Source: Trichoplax adhaerens (taxonomy: Eukaryota; Animalia; Placozoa). From it: a stretch of 64,000 nucleotides of DNA. Position numbers and translations under genes: made by a program. The stretch is from contig NW_002060946.1 in assembly GCF_000150275.1 (NCBI RefSeq), forward strand, positions 1,198,497-1,262,496, written 5' to 3'. Shown here piece by piece: positions 54,559 to 64,000 of this stretch (position 1 is its first letter; the number at the start of each line of letters is the position of its first letter). The notes beneath the pieces were generated by a model. That model was not told the DNA's origin. It did no database searches and was given only the letters and a program-made list of their open reading frames with translations.

Positions 54559-56895
54559 CTAACTAAAATAATCCAACGTAGCTTTGGCCTTCTCCATTTC
54601 ATGTAAGAACGAATAAAATTGCGGTAAACTCAGTTCTGAAAAGTACAGTAGAATGCATATTTAAAATAAAGTTTATACCTATAGCAGTTAGCATGTTAAG
54701 ACTCATTAAAGACTCATTAAAGATTCATAGAGTTGGCAAAAATTCTAATTTTTTACCCATATATACATCTTGATTGCTATCTCCCTTGTTTATAACTAAT
54801 TTGAGCTGAAACATTAGTAAATACACAATTTTGTTAAGATGATATTGGGATAATCGAAAAATCGTGCACCTACAATATCCCAGCTACGGTGAGTGCATTT
54901 ATCTCAAAACCCTTACCTGCAGAAAAGTACTACCAGCTTTTTCCAAATCATTACTAGCCGCTGTTACTGTTGACATTTTATAAAGCGAAGCATTAATTTT
55001 AATTCAATTCCAACTGTAGTATAGAGAATACAGAAAAGCTCAATAATTACCTCCAAACCTCCATTCCATGTCAACGAGCTGATTAACCATTAGTGTTTGA
55101 TCAACTTGCGATCGAAATAACGCAACTAAATTTGATTTCCACTAAAATAGGAGAAAAACGTAGTAAACTATCGTTACAATCCTTGTACAATAGTCTAGAA
55201 ATAATATAAATGTCTATCATACGGAGGACAGTATTTGTCTATGCGTACTATGTCATACAAACAAGTTCTCTATTTTTAAAGGTTATCGATCAAGTATGAT
55301 TTTACGCAATCATTTTTAACATGATGCAAACTTAATGGCAGTACCTGCTTAGCCACAAATTTAGCTTTAACTTCTGATAAACCTGACAACATAGAATGAA
55401 ATATTAGCGACAGCAATATTAATCTTAATAATGAAATCTATTAATCAAACAATTACTGGTATATATTCTATCCAAATGTACGACACAGCTGAGCATTATC
55501 ATTTACAAATTGTTTGAATGCTATACAGTACTTCGATTCTGTAATAATTAGGGAAATCTCTAATAGTATCAATTATTTTTTGAATACGTACAAGTAGAAA
55601 GGACATAATCATGTATATAATAGCATTTTATCTTCATATTGCCTTTATAGAGAACATAAGAGTCCAAGTTAATATCATATAACGGTACCTAATTCAGATA
55701 GGTCTTCAAAAACTTGATTGCCATTCATATTGTTTTTCATAGCAAGGCGACAAAATGTTAAAAATGATCGAATAATATTCTTTAACGCATTTACATTGAT
55801 GCCATTGATTTCAGCAAATTCTTCCAATCGCGCTAATAGTCGTGCAGACTACAATATAAGAGGTAGCTGATTTTTAAAATGGTGTGATATAAAGATACTG
55901 AATATACTCAATCTTGAGATTGATATTGTATATCAGATATTACTGCCAGTGTGATTAATAGTATGCTCTATTTTAGTATACACGTATAAAATTAGCCAAT
56001 ATTACGATAAAATTAGCAACCTCAATCCTGTACCTAATCAGTTACTGTATGCCATTTATCATGCGATATTATTTTACACTATTTATTGCAGTAGTATATA
56101 TAGAATTATCATGGTAAAAGTAAAGTATAGATGTACATGTGAACATATGTACAAACTTGAACAGAACAATCAGAATTCAGAAACATGTTGTATCAACGTG
56201 CCCAGATATACTGTACTATTACTCTATACGCGTAGATGCATTTTATAAGGTATGATACAAGTGTTCAAAATATATTGATGGTAGGCAAAGCGATTTAATC
56301 AATCATTGGTGAATTAGCTTTCCTGATTTGCTATTTTTAAAACTAATACAGCCGTAATGAGTATAAGCCATAAAATTGTTCTTCATTGTACCTGTTGGGC
56401 TTCTGTTAAGAATGCAAAGACAATTTCTTGCAATTGATTGAATAGCTGCAAGAAAGGAAAACACCGTTTGAATTAATACAATTGCTTTGAACTTGCTTCA
56501 TTTTCGTATATCCACAACTGTATTCAAGGTAATAATTTCTTTGAATACCGTTATACTCTGAATATTAATAATACCTTACAAGATGCATAATAAATCATGC
56601 TATGACATTTTAATCTACGATTGAATTATTTATTGACATACAGTACAGATAATGTAAACTTTGAGAGAATGGATGAAGAGGTCAAGTCGATTGAAGATGA
56701 TGACATGATCAAGACAGCTAGTAGCTACTATTAGATCGCTACAAGTTATTGTACTCCACTTTAAGCATTGGATTTGCAACATGAAAGAAGTGATGTTATA
56801 GCTGTTACTACCTCATCATTGAATTTATTGAGTGATCCAATATCGTTGACGAGTTGATCATCGGGTTTTTCCGAGGTATAATGCAATAACTTCAT
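54559..56895 (-). CDS. COMMD7: COMM domain-containing protein 7, 8 short coding exons (not in the ORF track)
   Basis: Manual splicing: MKLLHYTSEKPDDQLVNDIGSLNKFNDE|LFNQLQEIVFAFLTEAQQ|SARLLARLEEFAEINGI..LKNIIRS..|GLSEVKAKFVAKQ|WKSN..QTLMVNQLVDMEWRFG|VTAASNDLEKAGSTFLQ|LKLVINKG..DVYM|ELSLPQFYSFLHEMEKAKATLDYFS*. Confidence 0.92.
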
Positions 56896-57157
56896 GTTGA
56901 ATTTCTGGGTTTGTCTTGCTTTCTGCTAGTGGATATCCGAGTAGTAATAAATGTTCTTTTTTACTGTGCTGTGGCTTGAATATTGCAGTACATACAGTAA
57001 CTGTATTACCGTCTATAGTACAGCGTCCAAGTTCATGGGCTACCAGAAGAAGGAGAACGTAGCCTGGTCTTCTTCTAGTAGTCATTGACACTTGACCAGT
57101 GACAGTGGTCAGCCGCAGTACTGGACATCCATGTCTTCTGGCATTCTATAACACATT

Positions 57158-57478
57158 CTACAGTGTACAGTGTACAGTACAGGACTCGGAATTTACAGAG
57201 TACTGTACATTGTACACTGTACAGACTGCACAGTGCACAGTACACTGTACTGTACTGTAGCGTACTGTACGCACGACAGCAATATGACGACCGTACTGTA
57301 CTGTACAGTACAGTAGAGTTCAAACGTTCAAACAGGACTGACTGGGTCTCATTCTACAGTGTATAGTGCACAGTACGCTGTACTGTACTCTTGCGTACTG
57401 TACGCACGACTGCCATACTGTACAGTACAGTATGACGACCGTAGAGTTCAAACGTTCAAACAGGACTGACTGGGTCTC
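57158..57478. repeat. GTAC pentamer array with an internal duplication in the COMMD7/PRDX3 divergent promoter
   Basis: Pentamer runs; gtagagttcaaacgttcaaacaggactgactgggtctc occurs at 57313 and 57441. Confidence 0.92.
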
Positions 57479-57623
57479 CAAGACCTGGATCTTGCTCACA
57501 ACCAAAAGCAAAGTGAATTTGCGACATTGCTGGACTAGACGCCCTGGTGGAGCGATCGCGGACATCTTCCTCTTTTACAGAGTCCTCAAGGTGAATTGTT
57601 AAGGTAATTACAACTTGCACAAC

Positions 57624-58364
57624 ATGGCGGCTCGATTACTTGCCTCAACTTTGACACGTACAATACTACCATTAGCACGATTATCAACACCAAAGACTGC
57701 ATCTTTGGCTTGTGCTAATCGACTGCTTCAATTGCAAGGATTGACCAGTGTACGGTACAGCTGTACTGGCAACTCGCGATTTTGCGGCGTCTCCCAAACG
57801 GCTCCTGATTTTAAGGGTACAGCAGTCATCAATGGAGAGTTTCAAGAAATTCAATTGAGCGATTATGCTGGTAAATATGTGGTGCTATTCTTTTATCCAA
57901 TGGATTTTACATTCGTATGTCCAACTGAGATATTGGCATTTAGCGATCGTGCTAAGGAATTTGAAGAGTTAAATACACAAGTCATTGCATGCTCCATTGA
58001 TTCTGAGTACAGTCATTTGGCTTGGACTACTGCATCGCGTAAAGATGGAGGCTTAGGCGGTAATCTTAATATCCCTCTATTGGCCGATATTACCAAGAAA
58101 ATTAGTAATGATTATGGTGTATTGCTGCAGAATGCAGGCATATCGTTGAGAGGACTATTTATTATTGATGGCAATGGAACTCTCAGGCAAGCCACCGTCA
58201 ATGATTTACCGGTTGGTCGTTCAGTAGATGAAACGCTACGTCTTGTCAAGGCTTTTCAATTTACCGATAAGCACGGTGAAGTTTGCCCTGCAAATTGGCA
58301 ACCAGGATCTCAAACCATCAAACCAGATCCAAAGGACAGCAAGGAATACTTTTCTAAGCAGTAA
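57624..58364 (+). CDS. PRDX3: Typical 2-Cys peroxiredoxin with mitochondrial presequence (PRDX3-like), intronless CDS
   Basis: [13 protein letters not shown] (peroxidatic Cys), [12 protein letters not shown] (resolving Cys) and the YF motif. The N-terminal extension is Arg/Leu/Ser/Thr-rich and lacks acidic residues. Confidence 0.88.
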   Translation: MAARLLASTLTRTILPLARLSTPKTASLACANRLLQLQGLTSVRYSCTGNSRFCGVSQTAPDFKGTAVINGEFQEIQLSDYAGKYVVLFFYPMDFTFVCPTEILAFSDRAKEFEELNTQVIACSIDSEYSHLAWTTASRKDGGLGGNLNIPLLADITKKISNDYGVLLQNAGISLRGLFIIDGNGTLRQATVNDLPVGRSVDETLRLVKAFQFTDKHGEVCPANWQPGSQTIKPDPKDSKEYFSKQ

Positions 58365-60947
58365 AAATCCTTAAGTCCTCGACAGCGTGTTGTGATTGCG
58401 ATAGCCAAGAAAAATGGATTATTCCTAGATAACCTCTGCAGTAATGGATCAAAGCAAACTTATTAGTGCAATTATGCAGTTGCAAATACGTAGACTATAC
58501 TTTCTAATCTATGAAATACTGTATTGGTAACAATAATAGTACAGTACTGCTACTACATTTATATGTCCTGTTGTCTTGCGTAACAAATTTCTATTTAATT
58601 AATGGTCATTGTAATAGGTACTTCATCTAGCACTATGTTATGGATTTCCCTTGATATACGCCTAACGTATTTTAAAGGAAAATAAACGTAAGCTTTTATT
58701 ATGAAATTCGAAATAATTAAACAAGACATTTGTGGCACACACTTATGAAACTTATTCGTTGATTTACTGTCTATTTTTGCCTCTATTTCATCCATTAAAA
58801 GTTTCAATTTAATGAAGCGCAAGCGTTAAATTTAACTTTAGGTGGTTGAGCAACAGCATTGCAGTCTACAGACTTATACGTATACGATGTACGTACATAC
58901 ACGTATATTTCGCTTGATTATTCCATATATCTATTTTGTGTCATTCGACGGAATGAAGTCGACCTAGTTTCTAGGTACAGTCTTGGTACAGTAATATGCA
59001 TGCCCACACGTGAGATCTACATGTACTGTAGTGATATGTAGCAAGTTCAAATTTATTACTAATGTAATATACATTCTGGCATTTGACATTTGCTAAAAAT
59101 CGATAAAATTCTTATCAGCGAATGTGAACACAATATCCATATCGTTGTATTTCTCTCGTTCCTAAATTAAGCGTATACAATATAAAACAGCCATACTGTA
59201 ATAATTCAGGAATACTATTGATATATAAGCGTATATATGAAATTTTGATCGAAATTGTAACTACAGATTATCATTTTACTAGTCATATTGAACTACACTA
59301 AGGCTTCTATCCAGTATTAATGGTAGTACCTTTTTCCTAAAACAGACTCTGTATTCTGGATACTTCTCATGTAGACGACATAATTTACCCATGCTTAAGT
59401 TCGTAGAGTACATCACATTAATAGCACCTAAATATACGCAATTTTACAGTCGTACACGTACGTAACGTAACCAGACCATTGGATGATAATACAGGTAATT
59501 GTAATCACAAGGTTATAGAATAAATTATCAATCAAGTGTACTCTTGCTATCATTATAGAACAGTGTGTTTGTGCTAACAACTATCGCCTTCATAATCTCC
59601 TGTACGCGGATAACAATATAACCGTGTACCAGACCTTGAACAGGCATGTAGCCATGATCAATTTTGAATTAATTGCCTACCGTATCGATGCATGCAACTA
59701 CAAATGCATCTGTGCGTTTGCTCGTATGTGCGATAATGTATGCAATAATAAAAGTAGGTACGGTACACTCGTATATAGTCTACCTAATCTAGTTGATTCG
59801 ATTAATTTAATTTAATGTTGCCATAATTGGCCCAGAATGCATAAGACATGTAGCAGAGTGAATGTTTCGAAACGGACATGATTTCTGTTAACAAAATGAA
59901 AAAGTACTGGATAATTTTTAGATATAAGAAATACTGTATAATCCACTAAAGTAATACAGTTTGTGCCACTTTTATAGAGCTCCATCTATATTAAGTATTT
60001 TGCACATGAGTTTAGTTTAATCGATAAATTGAAATGTTAGTGTTATAGCCATAATATTCCATACCAACGTAGCTTTAGTAGCTACTTATAGTTAATTCCA
60101 AATTATGTAATCCTAATATTGAAAGATAAACAGCAAGTATACAAGTATGCTGCGCAACAATATCTAAATACGAACCTAGTATATACGTATTTATGCATTT
60201 TATATCACAGTTCAATAATTACGTAATAAGATAATTCAGTTTTAATGAAAACTTAAAATTGAATTCTACAGTACTATAAAATTGATTATTATTATGGCGA
60301 TGACATTACTGCTTCATCAGTAAAAAGATAATTGTAAAATGAAAGATAGCAACAAGCTGTATACACGGCATAATCCACACATATTGTTTCGCCGATCAAA
60401 ATGAATACATGGCTCGTGCTATATTTACACAACAACGACAGTCGATTCATAATAACTTGACACTGCAAGATTATTACGCTCTTATATGAAAAGTAAGTTA
60501 ATTTACCAATTGTTTAGCTATGCTAATCTGAGAATCTTCAAAATAAGAAACAGTAAGTATAATTAACAGTATGAAATGACATTAATACTACAATTAACTA
60601 ACAATATACTGAAATCTTATAAATAGATAAATCTACATTAACATAATACACCACATCAAGTATATTGATATACTAACGTAATTTGTAACAAAATGTAGCA
60701 TATCTTATCACCGTTTCGTTATACTAAACCATTATCAAAAGGCACTACTAGAAATTGCGTCGCTACGGAAAAGCGTCGCATTGAATATTAATGTTGTACA
60801 CTCATTTTAGACAAATAATGAACAATGAAAATTCATAGAATGTAGACTTTTCGTGTGACTTCTCTTTCAGCTGAGCGTGACTTTTAAGCAAGACCAGTAC
60901 TGCGATTTAGCGCATTTTGACACTAATTAACTCTACCAATAATTCAA

Positions 60948-63033
60948 TTACCACATTTGATGAGGAGGTCCAGGCGGGCCTCTGACACCTGGAGGACTCA
61001 TCGGAGGTCCATAGCGCGAAGGTGGAGCGTATGAATCATATGGTGCTGGATTACTTGGAGGTCCACGAGGGCCAGAACCTGATCGTCGTGGAGGATCATT
61101 TGGTCTAATAGGGCCTCCAGGTCTATGCATGTCAGATGGCATCCCCATACGTGGCCTAGGACCACCAGGTCGAGGTCCCATTGGACGTGAAATATTAGGA
61201 CCTGGACCACCAAGAGGTCTAGGACCTGGATTTGGAGGTCTACCGGGACCGCCAAGAGGTCTAAATCTTGGTGGACCATCTCCCATACCTTGATGCGGTG
61301 CCATAGGCCTTGGTTTTGGTACAACTATTTCAACATTGCTATCGCGCTCTCCAGCTTGAGCTCTTATTCCAGGCCGTTGAGATGGGCTGTAGCCAGGATT
61401 GGCCTGTATAGGCCAAGCAGGATTAGAATCACTTATTGATCTATTTGGTGTATCTATCATGTGGTAAAAGAGTATTAATAAATACACACAATTTTCAAAA
61501 AATCATTCATTAACAATTATAAGTCATGTACCTGGAACTCTTCCACCGAAAGGTCTCTTGACAAGGAGTTTGATAAAATTACCAGACTGTCTTAGCATTC
61601 TATACGCATCGTCAACTTCTCTTACAGGGAAATCATTTACTTCTAAGATACTATCTCCGACCTATTTATAATGTTCAACGAGATGCATTGTTACACCTTT
61701 TTCACTTATACAGTAGTTAACAAGAGCCTACAACAACTACAACTACAGTACCTGCAATTTTCCCATTGCTGGACTGCCAACAGTTACTCGAGACACCACG
61801 ATAGTCGGAGGACTTGAATCAAGATCTTTACGCAACATAAAGCCATGATCATTATGCACTCCTTGAATTTCTATTGTAAATATACGACTTTCAGAGTCAG
61901 GTCCTCCGGGAGATTTAGGTTCATTATAATCTTGGAACCTATTTGACTGTCCAGGTGATTGTTGGTTGGCATAATTAGGTGAATTAAACCTATTTGAAGG
62001 TCCTCCAGGCATATTAAATCTATTTGGAGCTACAGGACCGCGAGGTCTAGGATCATTATTAAACCCTGGATCAGCTCCAGGTCCTCGATATCTCGGATCG
62101 CCTTTATTCATGTTAGGTGCAGGTCCTCTGTGATATCCTGGTGAAGCTGGACCTCGCTTCTCGTGACGAGGGAATCCTTCTTCACCATGCATTCCGTCGG
62201 ACTAAAAAAGTCAACAAAATCGTATGATACATTAATGATTGCTTTCTTTCAAGTAACAAAAGAATAAGTGCCAGATAGTCTTTGCATATCCTCCTCTAGC
62301 TCTACTTAATAATGTAATAACAATTACTAGCAATAGTAAAAATAAAACAGAAAATCGCCATTTTACGTTACCTTAGGACCGTTTTCAATCGGTAATATTC
62401 TTAAAGAGCAACTCAAACCGCTATTTTTGATCATATTTACTATTTCTGAGTGATGCATATTTCGAACATCGCGATTATTTACAGAAAGTAACTGATCTCC
62501 AACTTGTAAGCCATTACGGTCAGCAGGTGATCCAGGTAATATTTGACCTACGAAGTCAACAACAGAACATATTCTTCAGTGTTAATTCCTACTTAATATT
62601 GGTTACAAGACGCTACCGACATTCGAATTACTTACCAATAGCTGAACCTCCTTGGCTATATCCAAGGTCAGATTGAACTACAAATCCAAAAGATTCTCCT
62701 TCATGACGACGGTGTAATGAAACCGATATAGGCTGCTGATTTCTAGCTTGTGGTGGTGGCCCTCTCTCAGGCATCCGATTATAAGGGGGATGCGCATCTA
62801 AAAAATGTAACGGTTTTACATTAGAAAATATAAAGTAAATCACGATTCCATAAATAAATAATAACAATATTAAATACATACCTGGGTGACGACGAACGAT
62901 AAGAGATACAAATCCTTGAGTTCCAGCTTTCTGCATTAAAGATATAACATGTTGGTGACTAGCTCTTTGCACATTGACGCCATCGACAAATGCAATTTCA
63001 TCGCCAATGCATAATCTACCGTCCAAATCTGCG
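60948..63033 (-). CDS. MAGI: MAGI-family scaffold, 3' part (last three PDZ domains plus Pro/Gly/Arg-rich tail); 5' part interrupted by the gap
   Basis: ADLDGRLCIGDEIAFVDG..SHQHVISLMQKAG..VSLIVRR; LHRRHEGESFGFVV..IGQILPGSPADR..GDQLLSVN..HSEIVNMIKNSG; third PDZ HGFMLR..GSPAMGKLQ|VGDSILEVN. Domain order and motifs resemble MAGI PDZ3-5. Confidence 0.82.
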
Positions 63034-63083
63034 NNNNNNNNNNNNNNNNNNNNNNNNNNNNNNNNNNNNNNNNNNNNNNNNNN
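63034..63083. other. Assembly gap (50 N)
   Basis: Run of N. Confidence 1.
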
Positions 63084-64000
63084 ATTATTACTTATGATAG
63101 CTTTTGTATGCTATCTATAGCGTATAATATTACTGGTATATGGCAGTTACGGTACTACTTATTCATCTCAGCTTGTCTAAGACTTTGGAGATAGAAAAGT
63201 TTTGAATACAACGTATCTCTCAATCGCATTCAGTATCCATAACGATGGATGGTATTGCTATAGTTGATTCATAAATCTTAAGTATTTTGGTCCAGAAATA
63301 GCATTTAACCTAAAGTATCTTGATAAGTCAATTAAAGCCTGACCTCTGGTATAGATTTGCATTGGAGAATATCAACCTTCTTTTACAGTACTTGACCTTT
63401 TCTATTTTACCGTAAGCTATTAACACTATCAAGCAAAATGATGTCATTCTAATTTGAGTTGAAAGTTGTATTAGTGAAGATATTAAGAATTAAAATTAAA
63501 ATAAATCTTTACGTAGAATTATGTGAATACAGAACTGCAGCTGTTGTAAATAGAAAAATGGCAAATCAATAGGATACTTATGGGCAGATTTATGACGAGA
63601 GTTTATGATTAAGAAATGTTAGCGCCCTAGTTCTTGCAATGGGTCTTGCAAACGATAAATAATTATAAAGCAAGCAATTCATATCTGATTCTTTGCATAA
63701 TTTAGAAACGTATACAATCATAAACAGGTAAATGCATTTTTTAAAAGTAAATCGATGATGTCCAGTAATTTCATACTAAATTGTTGTAAATGGCAGTAGA
63801 TTATCTAACATTAATGCAATCTATTGCCTCGTGCTTAAGATTTATACTCAAGAGAAATCTTGGGCGATAAATGTTGTCGTCAAAGTCGAGCATTTGCGAT
63901 ATATTATACATGAGGAAATTAATGATTTTAGATAATTTATTTGTCCATACATTACTTATACCAACTATAAACTGGCCGATAAAGGGTCACAATAAGTTAC

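Noticed and set aside
54706-54727. 11-bp tandem repeat in a COMMD7 intron and short (AG)n runs at about 24004 and 50882
   Set aside because: Ordinary slippage repeats with nothing suggesting function.
56858-57091. 77-aa ORF as the start of the minus-strand gene
   Set aside because: COMMD7 homology begins at ATG 56895 in another frame; this ORF lies mostly in the 5'UTR or an intron.
63084-64000. Upstream MAGI exons beyond the gap
   Set aside because: I could not find an open frame with PDZ, WW or GK motifs; left unannotated.

Overview
Compact, AT-rich, intron-rich animal genomic DNA. Short introns (often about 80-120 bp), tight gene packing and a 50-N gap are consistent with a placozoan such as Trichoplax; this is an inference, not verified. 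By reading splice sites I reconstruct 12 protein-coding genes: a class C GPCR (first coding exon only), DNAH2, ARGLU1, PARL, COG3, EBPL, LIPE/HSL, an orphan Ig+FN3+mucin-stalk receptor, EBP, COMMD7 (absent from the ORF track), an intronless mitochondrial peroxiredoxin (PRDX3-like) and the 3' part of MAGI. The strongest unexplained pattern is architectural. Ten consecutive genes form five head-to-head pairs, and every shared upstream region carries a self-complementary (CAGTA/TACTG)n GTAC-core array plus GACTAC/GTAGTC motifs, twice as an inverted GGACTA-N16/17-TAGTCC pair. Comparable arrays are absent from convergent 3' spacers, coding-region introns and the GPCR upstream region. This suggests a repeat-based mark for bidirectional promoters. 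Other notable points are an 8.5-kb intron-free exon inside the roughly 33-exon DNAH2, a U12-type intron and an RFX X-box at DNAH2, a possibly conserved regulated intron in ARGLU1, a GPCR lacking the glutamate-binding Arg, and an EBPL-LIPE-EBP sterol/lipid neighbourhood. I saw no tRNA, rRNA, CRISPR array or intact transposase.
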